Below are positions 8,752-18,514 of a stretch of 64,000 nt of DNA, one piece after another. The position numbers and the translations under genes are program-made. The notes under the pieces were generated by a model that was given only the letters and a program-made list of their open reading frames with translations, did not search any database and was not told where the DNA came from. Source of the stretch: an uncultured bacterium (GTDB lineage: Bacteria > DUMJ01); contig CALGNK010000010.1 of NCBI GenBank assembly GCA_937958695.1, positions 1,264 through 65,263 of the forward strand. Reading direction: 5' to 3'. The first letter of the stretch is position 1, and each line of letters starts with the position of its first letter.

Positions 8752-9852
8752 TTAGGCACCTATACACCAATTCACATTATTTACTAACTCCATCTTTCCG
8801 CTCTTTGCAGAGCGTATCCCTGCATCTAGGATAGCCATTGCATCAAGATTTATCGGTATATCTAGAGTAGGGTGCAATGGCTCTCCTGTCTCTAGATGAT
8901 GCATCACCTCCCTCGCCAAAGTCTCTCTACCCTGAGGAAGTGTTAGATTTTCAAAGACAGTAGTAGGTTCTTTACTCTTTCTGTCTTTAAAGACCAGCAC
9001 CTTTCCATAATCGACAACAATAGTCCCAGTTGTTCCATAAATTATCGGTCCACTAGGCACACCTGTATTGACTGTACTCCAAGTAGCCTCTAAGATTGCC
9101 ATGCTAGAAGGAAATCTTACCAGTATAACTGCATTATCGTCCGCATCTCCATAGTGGCTAGTGAAATTTGCCTTAATACCAAAGGCAGAAGTTGCAGGTT
9201 CGCCTAAGAACCATCTGGCTAAACATGCACCATAACAGCAGTAGTCTAAAAGTGCTCCTCCCCCTGTCTTCTCCTGATGCCACCACTCTTGACCTTTCTC
9301 CCAATCAGTTATCTTCTGTCCATATGCCAAAGGACCCATCGAAGCTCCATTTCGCCATTTAATCTGCCATACTGCACCAATCTCATCGGTATCTATAAGT
9401 TCCTTTACCTTTCTTATAGCTGGTGACCAGGTTGTAGGCCAATTAACTACCAACTCTACACCATTATAATAGGCAGAACGGACCATCCTAAGGGCTTCTG
9501 AGAGGCTACTTGCCATAGGCTTTTCTGTTATCATCATTAATACCTTTTTCTTAGCAATAGCCTCTGCCACTTCGCCATGTCTAGCGTTCTCCGGACAAAA
9601 GAGGATAATATCAAAATTTTCCCTCTCTAACATCTCTCTATAGTCTTCATATGCCTTCATCCCTGTCTTTTCTACTGCGTACTTTAAATTAGCCCTACGA
9701 GTCCCTGGTTCTAAAGATATAGATGGAACTTCCGGTATAGTATCTGCACAGGCTACCCACTCGATATTTGATAGTTCTAAGAAATAATCGATTAGTGAGG
9801 TTATATGCATATGGGCAAAACCTATTACTCCTAATCTATAAGTTTTATTCAT
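8752..9852 (-). CDS. Gfo/Idh/MocA-family oxidoreductase
   Basis: N-terminal Rossmann fold (RLGVIGFAHMH), EKP motif (ITEKPMA), and a C-terminal alpha/beta domain. Confidence 0.8.
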   Translation of the reverse strand: MNKTYRLGVIGFAHMHITSLIDYFLELSNIEWVACADTIPEVPSISLEPGTRRANLKYAVEKTGMKAYEDYREMLERENFDIILFCPENARHGEVAEAIAKKKVLMMITEKPMASSLSEALRMVRSAYYNGVELVVNWPTTWSPAIRKVKELIDTDEIGAVWQIKWRNGASMGPLAYGQKITDWEKGQEWWHQEKTGGGALLDYCCYGACLARWFLGEPATSAFGIKANFTSHYGDADDNAVILVRFPSSMAILEATWSTVNTGVPSGPIIYGTTGTIVVDYGKVLVFKDRKSKEPTTVFENLTLPQGRETLAREVMHHLETGEPLHPTLDIPINLDAMAILDAGIRSAKSGKMELVNNVNWCIGA

Positions 9853-9866
9853 CCTATAAACCTCCT

Positions 9867-10937
9867 CTAAAAAGTGGTCTCTAAATCTATAGCTCTACCT
9901 TCCCTAGCAGACATATATGCCTTTTCCATTATCTCAATAACATGAAGTGCATGTTGAGGAGTAAGAACAGGTTCTCGATTCTCTTCTAACGCCTCTATTA
10001 AATCTCTTACTCCACAGGACTGTTGAATCTTCTGCCAGTGGTATATAGGTTCTATCCAACCTCTAATACCTTTTTCTCTTTCATCTAAGAATAGCAACAT
10101 TGGCTTTTCTGGATCCCGCATAAAGGTTATTGTCCCTTTTGAACCATAGACTTCCATATATGGAGCCTTTGTAGATTTTACACAGTATGTAGCATCTACA
10201 AAGGCAAATTCTGCTTCACCAAAGTCCAATAGCATCAGAGTATTATCATCTACTAGGGTTTCTATCTCTTTACCATCGAAAGCTCCTGTGCGGACGATAC
10301 GCTTTTTCTCAGAGATACCTGAGAAACAGCTAACCCTTTTGGCCGGACCCAAAAGTCCAGTTACCTGATGTAATCCATGAACCCCTAGATCTAAAAGAGG
10401 ACCTGCATTAGGTTTATAAAACCAACTCGGATCTACATCACGAAACTGAAAATACTCCGGTCCACCGTGAGAAACAGAACATCTGATAAATGATACCTTT
10501 CCTATAATGCCTTCCTTTATAATTCTTCTAGCTTCCTGTATATCAGGACGTAACATATGTATGGGAGATGCGCTTATTTTAAGGTTTCTCTTTTTCGCCT
10601 CTTCAATAAGAGTCTTCGCCTCTTCTACAGTTGTAGTAATAGGTTTCTGGGAATATAAATGTTTTCCAGCCTGAAGAGCCTTAAGATTAATTTCAAAATG
10701 GGCATCTATGGAAGCTAGATCTAAGAGGATTTCAAACTCGCAATCTCTTAATAGTTCATCTATATGCTTATACCATTTAGGTATGCCAAAACGTTCCGCA
10801 CTTCTTTCTGCCCTTTCAGGTATGATGTCACAGACTGCAACAATCTCTGCATTAGGCATATTCTTAACTTCAGGTAAATAATTAGAGTTTGCTATAAGTC
10901 CACAACCTACAACAGCTATACGCCATTTTTTATTCAT
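9867..10937 (-). CDS. Gfo/Idh/MocA-family oxidoreductase
   Basis: ORF track 9867..10943. ATG at 10937 sits 5-6 nt after GGGAGGTG. Motifs: RIAVVGCGLIA Rossmann motif, SQKPI (EKP-like). Confidence 0.8.
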   Translation of the reverse strand: MNKKWRIAVVGCGLIANSNYLPEVKNMPNAEIVAVCDIIPERAERSAERFGIPKWYKHIDELLRDCEFEILLDLASIDAHFEINLKALQAGKHLYSQKPITTTVEEAKTLIEEAKKRNLKISASPIHMLRPDIQEARRIIKEGIIGKVSFIRCSVSHGGPEYFQFRDVDPSWFYKPNAGPLLDLGVHGLHQVTGLLGPAKRVSCFSGISEKKRIVRTGAFDGKEIETLVDDNTLMLLDFGEAEFAFVDATYCVKSTKAPYMEVYGSKGTITFMRDPEKPMLLFLDEREKGIRGWIEPIYHWQKIQQSCGVRDLIEALEENREPVLTPQHALHVIEIMEKAYMSAREGRAIDLETTF

Positions 10938-10948
10938 AAGCACCTCCC

Positions 10949-11926
10949 TTATTCGTAAAGGAAACAGTTAACTTCTTGATTATTAATCCTCTTTACTGAA
11001 GGAAAATTCTTTTCACATATGTCCATAGCGAACTGGCATCTATTATAGAATGGACAACCACTTACTAGTTCTTTACTAGATAACTTCTGCAATTTTGCTA
11101 CATCTATCACTACCCTATCCTGCCACCTTTTATTTGGATCTGGAACCGGGATAGAGTTTATCAACATCTTAGTATATGGATGTAATGGATTCTTTATTAC
11201 GTCTTCAGTAGGCCCTCTTTCTAAGATCCTTCCAGAATATATGATCATTATCCTATCCGCTATGTAATATGCGGTGTTCAGATCGTGCGTTATATAAAGG
11301 GTACTGATACCTAAATCTTTAAAATTCCTAAGATGGTCTAGAAATATAGCCCTTAAAGATGCATCTAACATAGACACAGGTTCGTCTGCTACTAGTAACT
11401 TAGGTTTTATAAGATATATTCTAGAGAGCATAATTCTTTGTCTCTCTCCACCACTTAACTGATGGGGATATCTGCCTAGAATCTCTCTCGGTCTTAGTCC
11501 TACTGCTTCAAGACTCTCATAAATAAGTTTACTAGCTTCATCGCCAGAAGCAATATTAAATTTTTGGATAGCCATCCATAGAACTCTGTCTACCCTATAA
11601 AAGGGATTATAGACCTCATACGGATCTTGAAAGATTATCTGTACCTCTCTTATATAATCCTTTTTATTATTCTTAAGCCACTCGGATATGCTTTTCCCTT
11701 TATAAAGTATTTCTCCAGAGGTTGGTTCTTCTAAACCTAGTATAAGCCTACATATTGTGCTTTTCCCACTTCCACTCTCTCCTACCAATGCCAAAACCTC
11801 TGGTTCAGAGCTTAGAGAAAAGGAGACATCTTTAAGTGCTTGAACTACCGCCTTACCTAAAAAACCAAAACCTACCCTTCTAAATATCTTGGAAACATTT
11901 TGAAATGTCAGTAGATTTCCGTCCAT
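10949..11926 (-). CDS. ABC transporter ATP-binding protein (OppF/DppF-like)
   Basis: Walker A GESGSGKST, signature LSGGERQR, Walker B LLVADEP, and an oligopeptide-type C-terminal Cys motif. Confidence 0.9.
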   Translation of the reverse strand: MDGNLLTFQNVSKIFRRVGFGFLGKAVVQALKDVSFSLSSEPEVLALVGESGSGKSTICRLILGLEEPTSGEILYKGKSISEWLKNNKKDYIREVQIIFQDPYEVYNPFYRVDRVLWMAIQKFNIASGDEASKLIYESLEAVGLRPREILGRYPHQLSGGERQRIMLSRIYLIKPKLLVADEPVSMLDASLRAIFLDHLRNFKDLGISTLYITHDLNTAYYIADRIMIIYSGRILERGPTEDVIKNPLHPYTKMLINSIPVPDPNKRWQDRVVIDVAKLQKLSSKELVSGCPFYNRCQFAMDICEKNFPSVKRINNQEVNCFLYE

Positions 11927-12883
11927 CTATTTACCTCCGTAGAGAAAGCAGGCTACAGAACGACCAGGTTGAACCTCTTCCAATACTGGTTCTTCCTCTT
12001 CGCATATCTTCATTCTATATGAACATCTAGGGTGAAATCTACAACCGCTAGGCCATTCTAAAGGGCTTGGAGCAAGACCAGGGATGCCTTTTAAGTTTCG
12101 CTTCTCTAAAGAAGGCACTGCAGATAAAAGTCCCTTGGTGTAAGGATGAAGAGGATCAGAAAATATATCGACAGTAGATCCAACTTCTAAGATCTTCCCC
12201 GCATACATAATACATATCCTATCACATATCTCAGCATGACAAGCCATATCGTGTGCTACCATAACGACTGTAATGCCATACCTATCCCTTAGGTCTCCAA
12301 GTGTCTGTAGATTTAATTTCTGCATTACAACATCTAGACCAGTTATAGGTTCATCCGCAAATACAATCTTAGGGTTTAGACATAGGCTCATAGCAATGCA
12401 GACCCTCTGTCTCATACCGCCGCTTAACTCATGGGGATACATATCTAATACGTCAGGTGGCATCCCTACAGAATTAAGAGCAGACAGTGCCAATTCTTTC
12501 GCCTCATGATACGACATATCCGCATGAGATAAGATACCATCAACCATCTGTTCTTCTATCTTTATAACAGGATTTAGAGAATTCATAGAACCTTGCGGAA
12601 CATATGATAATTCCTTCCATCTAAGTTTTCTAAATTCCTCTTCAGGAAGACTTAATAGCTCTATCCCTTTATAGTAGACTTTACCTTCAGGAATATAACA
12701 TGGAGGTTTATAGATCTTTAAAACTCCTTCTACCAGAGTAGATTTACCGCAACCAGATTCCCCAGCTATCCCTAAGATCTCGCCTTCAAATACCTTTAAA
12801 GATACCCCATCAACCGATTTAGCGTCCCCTAGAATTGTTTTGAAGTATACCTTTAAATTTTCTACTTCAAGTATAGTATTCAT
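11927..12883 (-). CDS. ABC transporter ATP-binding protein (OppD/DppD-like)
   Basis: Walker A GESGCGKST, signature LSGGMRQR, Walker B VFADEP. Confidence 0.9.
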   Translation of the reverse strand: MNTILEVENLKVYFKTILGDAKSVDGVSLKVFEGEILGIAGESGCGKSTLVEGVLKIYKPPCYIPEGKVYYKGIELLSLPEEEFRKLRWKELSYVPQGSMNSLNPVIKIEEQMVDGILSHADMSYHEAKELALSALNSVGMPPDVLDMYPHELSGGMRQRVCIAMSLCLNPKIVFADEPITGLDVVMQKLNLQTLGDLRDRYGITVVMVAHDMACHAEICDRICIMYAGKILEVGSTVDIFSDPLHPYTKGLLSAVPSLEKRNLKGIPGLAPSPLEWPSGCRFHPRCSYRMKICEEEEPVLEEVQPGRSVACFLYGGK

Positions 12884-12885
12884 CT

Positions 12886-13752
12886 TTATACTCCTGTAAC
12901 CTGTCTAAGTCTAGGATTGAATACTTCATCTAGTCCAACATTTATAAGATTTAAAGAGACAAATGTAAGTATGAGAAACGTTATAGGGGAGATAACGATT
13001 AAGTAATGCCCCTGTGCTAGCGTCCCTGAGTATATGGCCCAATTTATAAACTGTCCTAAGGAAGGAATATCTCCTGGTCCTAAGCCAACTAATCTTAATG
13101 CTGTCTCAGCCATAATCGTTCCGGTTACCGCATAAGAAAAACCAACAAATATATAGGGTAAAAAGTTAGGTAGTATCTCTTTGAACATAATTTCTAAATC
13201 GCTAAAACCGGTAACCCTAGCTAAGTCTATATAAGGTCTCTCCCTTAGACTTGCTATCTGCGCCTTTATCTGTCTAGATGACCCAGCCCAACTAAAGAAG
13301 GCTATTATTGCAGAAAGTAAAAGGAGGTCAACTTTTCTAACAAAAAGAACTATTATTGCAAGTATAGGCCAAGAAGGAATAATTAATATAGCATTGGCTA
13401 TAGTAGTTATGAAAGCCTCTATTCTACCCCCCTTGTAGCCGGCTATCGATGCCAAAACTACTGCAATAAACGTGGCTAAAGCCCCTGCGGTAAAACCAAT
13501 AAGAAGAGAATATTTAAGTCCTGTTAAAAGTAAAGATAGCACATCTCTACCATAAGCCTCTGTTCCAAATGGATGCTCTCGACTTGGTGGAAGAAAAGTA
13601 TCGAATAGCCCTATCTCAGTAGAAGACCTTCCATTAAGTCTATAGTAGTTAATAGTGGGTTCTAAAACTGCTAGTACTATTAAAGATAGTAATATAACTA
13701 CACCTACGGTAAGTTTTGGAGAATATTTGAAAATCAATAAGATTCTCTTCAT
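12886..13752 (-). CDS. ABC transporter permease (OppC/DppC-like)
   Basis: Six predicted TM segments and a BPD_transp_1-type EAA region (YIDLARVTGFSDLEIMFKEILPN). Confidence 0.85.
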   Translation of the reverse strand: MKRILLIFKYSPKLTVGVVILLSLIVLAVLEPTINYYRLNGRSSTEIGLFDTFLPPSREHPFGTEAYGRDVLSLLLTGLKYSLLIGFTAGALATFIAVVLASIAGYKGGRIEAFITTIANAILIIPSWPILAIIVLFVRKVDLLLLSAIIAFFSWAGSSRQIKAQIASLRERPYIDLARVTGFSDLEIMFKEILPNFLPYIFVGFSYAVTGTIMAETALRLVGLGPGDIPSLGQFINWAIYSGTLAQGHYLIVISPITFLILTFVSLNLINVGLDEVFNPRLRQVTGV

Positions 13753-13753
13753 C

Positions 13754-14764
13754 TTATCCTCTCCTTATTCTTGGATCAATTAATGGGTATAAGAATTCTA
13801 TAATGAGATTTGCGGTAAGAACACAAAACATAGTAGTTATCGTAATACCCATCAAGACATTATAATCCATCTCTCTTATTGCCATCATAAAGAGTCTTCC
13901 AATACCAGGATAGTTAAATATCCATTCTATTAGGAAGAATCCGTTTACAATAAAGCCTAAACTTAGAGCAAGGCCAGTAGTTTGAGGTAATAATGTATTC
14001 CTTAATATGTATCTATTTACTAGACGAAAACTTTTTAGTCCTTTAGCCTCTGCTAATTTTATATAGTCTTCTCCTAAGACGCTTATCACTAATGCCCTTT
14101 GAGAGATCATTGTGCCAAAGACATAGACAAAAACTAGAGAAAGAGAGGGTAAGAATGCATGTTTAATAAGACTAATTATAAAGCGCAAACTAAAACTACG
14201 CTGTAACATAGCGGAGTAAGCTCCACCCATAGGGAATAGATTCAACCAGAAGGTAAAGACCATAACTAAAATTATAGCCAATAGATAAGTTGGTATCTGA
14301 GATATCACCAAACCAGTAGTAAAAATTGTAGAACTTATTTTTGATTCTCTGGTCCACCCTATTATAGTTCCTAATATCACCCCCAGAACCCAAGCTATAA
14401 TTACAGATGTCCCTAAAAGTCCTACTGACCAAGGTAATGACTCCAATATAAGTTCTATAGCAGGCTTGGGGAATGCTACAAATGAAGGACCAAAATCTTG
14501 GTAAAAGAGAAGTCTCTTTATATAGGAGATATATCTCTCAAATAAGCCCTTATCAAGTCCAAAGACTTCTTTATATTTTTGTATTACTATTTCAGATGCA
14601 GGGGTTGATAGACCGTACCTTTGCTCTAACATTTGGATATATCTAGTAACTGGATCTCCTGGCACAAGATTAATAAAGAAGAAGAATGCGCTTAGAGAGA
14701 TGACGAAAATTAATGCGTAGAGAAGAATTCTATTTATAAAATAACTAAAAATCGACTTTTTCAT
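13754..14764 (-). CDS. ABC transporter permease (OppB/DppB-like)
   Basis: Polytopic protein with EAA-like region DYIKLAEAKGLKSFRLVNRYILRN and a C-terminal IDPRIR motif. Confidence 0.85.
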   Translation of the reverse strand: MKKSIFSYFINRILLYALIFVISLSAFFFFINLVPGDPVTRYIQMLEQRYGLSTPASEIVIQKYKEVFGLDKGLFERYISYIKRLLFYQDFGPSFVAFPKPAIELILESLPWSVGLLGTSVIIAWVLGVILGTIIGWTRESKISSTIFTTGLVISQIPTYLLAIILVMVFTFWLNLFPMGGAYSAMLQRSFSLRFIISLIKHAFLPSLSLVFVYVFGTMISQRALVISVLGEDYIKLAEAKGLKSFRLVNRYILRNTLLPQTTGLALSLGFIVNGFFLIEWIFNYPGIGRLFMMAIREMDYNVLMGITITTMFCVLTANLIIEFLYPLIDPRIRRG

Positions 14765-14798
14765 CTCTTATCCTTCTCCTAACCTGATAGATTTTAAT

Positions 14799-14839
14799 AG
14801 AGCCACCCAGCTTAACCTATAGCTAAACTGGGTGGCTCT
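14799..14839 (-). terminator. intra-operon stem-loop after the SBP gene (AGAGCCACCCAG ... CTGGGTGGCTCT)
   Basis: A perfect 12-bp inverted repeat in the 82-nt gap between the SBP and permease genes. This is the usual position for partial termination or mRNA stabilisation that raises SBP stoichiometry. Confidence 0.55.
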
Positions 14840-14846
14840 TAATAGA

Positions 14847-16568
14847 CTAACTAGCTGGTTTTAGTTTAAAGAGGATAAAGATAAAGCTGGGCCACCATTG
14901 ATAGGGAACATGATACATGTTACCCTCGGTAGGCCAACCTTTCCAATATTTATCAGAAAAGACTTGGACAAACATCTTTTCTACAAGAGGAACAGAAGGT
15001 AGCTCTCTAAACCACAGATCCAATCCTCTTCTAGCATATAGAGAATATTTTGAACTATCTGGATCCATAGTAGCAAGAGTCTCTGTAATCTTATCTAATT
15101 CTTTAGATTTTAACCTGGACTTCATTCTATCCCCAGTGGTCTGATACTCTCCAAGTGGCTTTGCATGTCTACTATGATACGTATCTAGGAAAGGATATAT
15201 GTCATTTGGAAAAGATACTGCTACATCTAGGACGTCAAAGGCAATATCATAATTTCCTGTATTGACCAGCTCTCCAAACATTCCGGGATCGACTACCTTT
15301 ATTATGCCTTCTATTCCTATCTTTGCCAATTCATCAGAAAGATGTTTTGCATGGACATAACCTAAGTCTGGAGCAGGTCTTGTGAGTAGAACTAAGCTTA
15401 GAGGTTCACCTTTAGGGGTCCTTCTCTTGCCATCAGGCCCTTTCTTGAATCCTAGTCTATCTAAGATTGCTTCAGCCCTCTTTGGATCATACTTCAGCAT
15501 TTCTCCATACTTAGTTTTAATCTCAGGAAATTCCCACTTATCAAGTGCTTTCCAGTCTGGCCAGGGCCACATTGTAGGATAGGACTTCTCAGCCATGGGA
15601 TACGTCTTTGCAAGGAGTTCTCTATTAGCAAGATATTGTATTGCCCATCTGAAGTCTCTCAAACTTGTTGGATATTTAGCGCAGTTGTAAGTGAATCCTT
15701 GAGATACTGCATCCATATAAGGAGCAAGGACCACATTTTCAGTTCTCTTCTGGGCTGCCTTAATCATCTCCCAAGTAAAGATATGGGGTAAAGGTGCATC
15801 TACTCCTCCTCTTATAAAGTCTGCAAGATCAATATCGGGAGGCGGAGCCATTCTACAGATTACATACTTTGGACCTGGAGAAACTCCAAATACTTTCTTT
15901 GCCCAATAATTCTCATCTCTTTCCCAGATAAACAGGTTTAGGTCTTTGTTATAGCTGTGGAACTTATACGGACCTGTTTCAACCGGAGGCCAGTTAGCAT
16001 AATCTCTTGGATCTTTTCCTTCCCACTTATGTTTTGCTACTACTGTAATCCCTCCCCACATCCTCAACTTATGGTGGAATCTGTATTCAGGATTCTTAAA
16101 CTTTATACTGACAGTATAGTCGTCAACTGCAGTTACAGATTTTACATTGGCTACATGCACTGTTCCAAGTAAGTCTGGATTCTTCATAAGGGTTTCTATA
16201 GTAAACACAATATCATGTGCAGTATAAGGAGTTCCATCATTCCATGTTACCCCTTTTCTTACAAACCATCTCAGCTCAAGGCGATCTCTTGAATACTTCC
16301 AACCGGTTATTCTCCAGTAGATATTCTCTCCTGTAGCATAATTTATATACCAGTCCCACTCATTTGCAACCTGATGCCAGCCAGAACCCCATTGAGTTCC
16401 TCTGGGAACAAAAACATTAGCTTTATCAAACACTGTATACTTGGTATCTGTCTCATAGACATAAGCCTGATTTCTAGGTACAGGATACTCTTGAGCCATT
16501 ATTGGCAGAGATATAGTAAGTAATGAAAGAATCAAGCTAAAGATTAAAAATATTCTCAAAATTTTCAT
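14847..16568 (-). CDS. ABC transporter substrate-binding protein, family 5 (cognate SBP of the adjacent translocator)
   Basis: Signal peptide MKILRIFLIFSLILSLLTISLPIMA/QE, 573 aa, family-5 SBP organisation, first gene of the permease/ATPase operon. Confidence 0.8.
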   Translation of the reverse strand: MKILRIFLIFSLILSLLTISLPIMAQEYPVPRNQAYVYETDTKYTVFDKANVFVPRGTQWGSGWHQVANEWDWYINYATGENIYWRITGWKYSRDRLELRWFVRKGVTWNDGTPYTAHDIVFTIETLMKNPDLLGTVHVANVKSVTAVDDYTVSIKFKNPEYRFHHKLRMWGGITVVAKHKWEGKDPRDYANWPPVETGPYKFHSYNKDLNLFIWERDENYWAKKVFGVSPGPKYVICRMAPPPDIDLADFIRGGVDAPLPHIFTWEMIKAAQKRTENVVLAPYMDAVSQGFTYNCAKYPTSLRDFRWAIQYLANRELLAKTYPMAEKSYPTMWPWPDWKALDKWEFPEIKTKYGEMLKYDPKRAEAILDRLGFKKGPDGKRRTPKGEPLSLVLLTRPAPDLGYVHAKHLSDELAKIGIEGIIKVVDPGMFGELVNTGNYDIAFDVLDVAVSFPNDIYPFLDTYHSRHAKPLGEYQTTGDRMKSRLKSKELDKITETLATMDPDSSKYSLYARRGLDLWFRELPSVPLVEKMFVQVFSDKYWKGWPTEGNMYHVPYQWWPSFIFILFKLKPAS

Positions 16569-16722
16569 ATACTTTTACACCTCCGTTACTAAGTTTTTGA
16601 CATAAATCATTAAATATAAATACCTTTACAGGTTAACTGGACTAGTCTATTTCTTTTATTTTATAATTATTCTTCTCTCATATATCACCACCTTTCTATA
16701 ATGGTCTTACCATCTTACCAAG

Positions 16723-16731
16723 ATTATACCA
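16723..16731 (-). promoter_or_regulatory. candidate extended -10 element TGGTATAAT (minus strand) upstream of the SBP operon
   Basis: The reverse complement of 16723-16731 is TGGTATAAT. A weak -35 TTGCTC lies 17 nt upstream. This implies a ~150-nt leader. Confidence 0.3.
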
Positions 16732-16763
16732 TAATATAGCAATAAGAGCAACACCTGAGGATT

Positions 16764-17036
16764 TCACTTTTTTCTTCTTTTTATTCTCTCCCAAATGGGT
16801 TTCCAGTCTTCCTCTTCGACTAGCCCAATATCCTGAAGTATATGAAGAGTGGCTTCTAGTTTTCCTCTTTCTCCGAGAAAGGATTCAGCTGCTCTTATAA
16901 GATCCATATTATGACCTGTGAAACCATGACCTAAGCCTTTTACTTGAGAACTGGCATCTATAAGACTATGCAAGGCTGGTGTAGACCAGCCTAAAAGAGA
17001 CTTTGATGCCCTTATATGGTCTATATTTTTAGGCAT
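16764..17036 (-). CDS. hypothetical protein, 90 aa
   Basis: ORF only. It lies 5 nt downstream of the preceding ORF on the same strand and has no family motif I recognise. C-terminal basic tail KRRKK. Confidence 0.45.
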   Translation of the reverse strand: MPKNIDHIRASKSLLGWSTPALHSLIDASSQVKGLGHGFTGHNMDLIRAAESFLGERGKLEATLHILQDIGLVEEEDWKPIWERIKRRKK

Positions 17037-17041
17037 TTATA

Positions 17042-17350
17042 TTATTTCTTCTCTTCACCTTTAGCAAAAAGTTTTATAACATCATCTAACATAAGACCAG
17101 GAACTTGATTTGCCTTTTCTAAAACATCCGCCACTGTTCCAATCCATCTTTGCCAAAGCGCTTGCATCTGGGCATCACTTATAGGTGGAGTAACCGCTCC
17201 CTTTCCTTTTGTTCCTGTCTCTTCCTCTCCAGTTCCTGCGACAAATAGATTTGAAGGTTTAGTGTCTCTTATATACCTAACAACTGCATCTAAGGTCTGC
17301 ATAGCAGCAATTCTTCTTTCTTCCATCTCCCTTATCGTCTCTCTGTCCAT
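17042..17350 (-). CDS. hypothetical protein, 102 aa
   Basis: ORF with SD (GGAGAGAG) upstream of ATG 17350. Helical and charged, with a central G/T/E-rich linker. No recognisable family. Confidence 0.45.
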   Translation of the reverse strand: MDRETIREMEERRIAAMQTLDAVVRYIRDTKPSNLFVAGTGEEETGTKGKGAVTPPISDAQMQALWQRWIGTVADVLEKANQVPGLMLDDVIKLFAKGEEKK

Positions 17351-17410
17351 CTAACTCTCTCCTTTCATAATGAGTTTTTTATATTATAGCATAACTTATA
17401 GTCATTCTGC

Positions 17411-17440
17411 TTGACAGTACAGATAAAAATGATTTATAAT
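17411..17440 (+). promoter_or_regulatory. sigma70 promoter TTGACA-18 nt-TATAAT for the sugar kinase/SBP transcription unit
   Basis: Consensus hexamers at 17411-17416 and 17435-17440. Confidence 0.6.
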
Positions 17441-17492
17441 TTAAACAGTTCTTACTAACTGTGTTTTGCTAAATAAAACTATAGGAGGTAGT

Positions 17493-18440
17493 ATGCCTGA
17501 GGTCTTAGGATTAGGAGAAATAATGGTAGTAATGGATCCATTAAGAAATGGTCCTTTAAGTAGTGTAGAGTTATTTAGAAAGACTATGGGTGGAGCAGAG
17601 GGAAATGTCTGTGTAGGTGTTTCAAGATTAGGTCATTCTGCTGGTTGGATAGGGAGATTAGGTAATGATGAATTTGGAAGGTTTGTACTTTCTTCCTTAA
17701 GAGCAGAAAATATTGACGTCTCTTGTGTGAAGATTGTAGAAGGATTTACTGGGGTTTACTTTAAAGAGAGAAGAGGCTTAGGAGATACTAAGGCATTCTA
17801 CTATAGAAAAGGCTCTGCTGGAAGTACCCTATCGCCCGAGGATATATCAGAAGAGTATCTGGCAAGTGCTAAATTTTTCCATACTACAGGTATTACTCTT
17901 GCGTTAAGCGAAACTGCTCGAAATACTGTAGTATATGGCATAGAGTTAGCTAAGAACCTAAATGTTCAAGTGTCTTTTGATGTTAATCTTAGGCTTAAAC
18001 TCTGGTCTAAAGAAGAGGCTAAAGAAGAGATAAATAGGATTATTCCGAAAACAGATATATTCTTTCTTACCCTAGATGAAGGTAAGATTCTTTGGAATTT
18101 AGATTCTCCAGAAAAGATTATAGATTATACTCTTTCGCATGGTCCTCATACTGTATGTGTAAAACTTGGCAGGGAAGGTTCAGTGATTGGAAATATTAAA
18201 GAATTATACTCCGTTCCTGCATTTAACAATTTCTCTTCGGTAGATACTGTAGGAGCAGGGGATGGCTTTGTTGCTGGGTTCTTGGTAGGGCAATTAAAGG
18301 GATGGTCTTTAAAAGATTCTGCCTTACTTGGCAATATAGTTGGTGCCTATGCCACAACTACTACTGGTGATAACGATGGATATCCAACATGGAACGAAAT
18401 AGAGGAGTTTTTAGGAAAGAGGGAGGTAGTAAGGAGGTGA
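17493..18440 (+). CDS. kdgK: PfkB-family sugar kinase, 2-dehydro-3-deoxygluconokinase-like
   Basis: ORF track 17466..18440. ATG at 17493 follows AGGAGG. Motifs: GGAEGNV and C-terminal DTVGAGDGFVAGFL (PfkB signature 2). The KdgK assignment rests on overall resemblance only. Confidence 0.7.
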   Translation: MPEVLGLGEIMVVMDPLRNGPLSSVELFRKTMGGAEGNVCVGVSRLGHSAGWIGRLGNDEFGRFVLSSLRAENIDVSCVKIVEGFTGVYFKERRGLGDTKAFYYRKGSAGSTLSPEDISEEYLASAKFFHTTGITLALSETARNTVVYGIELAKNLNVQVSFDVNLRLKLWSKEEAKEEINRIIPKTDIFFLTLDEGKILWNLDSPEKIIDYTLSHGPHTVCVKLGREGSVIGNIKELYSVPAFNNFSSVDTVGAGDGFVAGFLVGQLKGWSLKDSALLGNIVGAYATTTTGDNDGYPTWNEIEEFLGKREVVRR

Positions 18441-18514
18441 GAAATGAGGAGTATTAGTGAAGGTGTACGGGGCTATAAAGGGTTAAAAAATATTAAAATC
18501 TAGGGGGTGTTTTT

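Noticed and set aside
14196-14432. 78-aa same-strand, alternative-frame ORF inside the OppB-like permease gene
   Set aside because: The permease frame is continuous and has the EAA motif. The alternative frame has no start context and no features.
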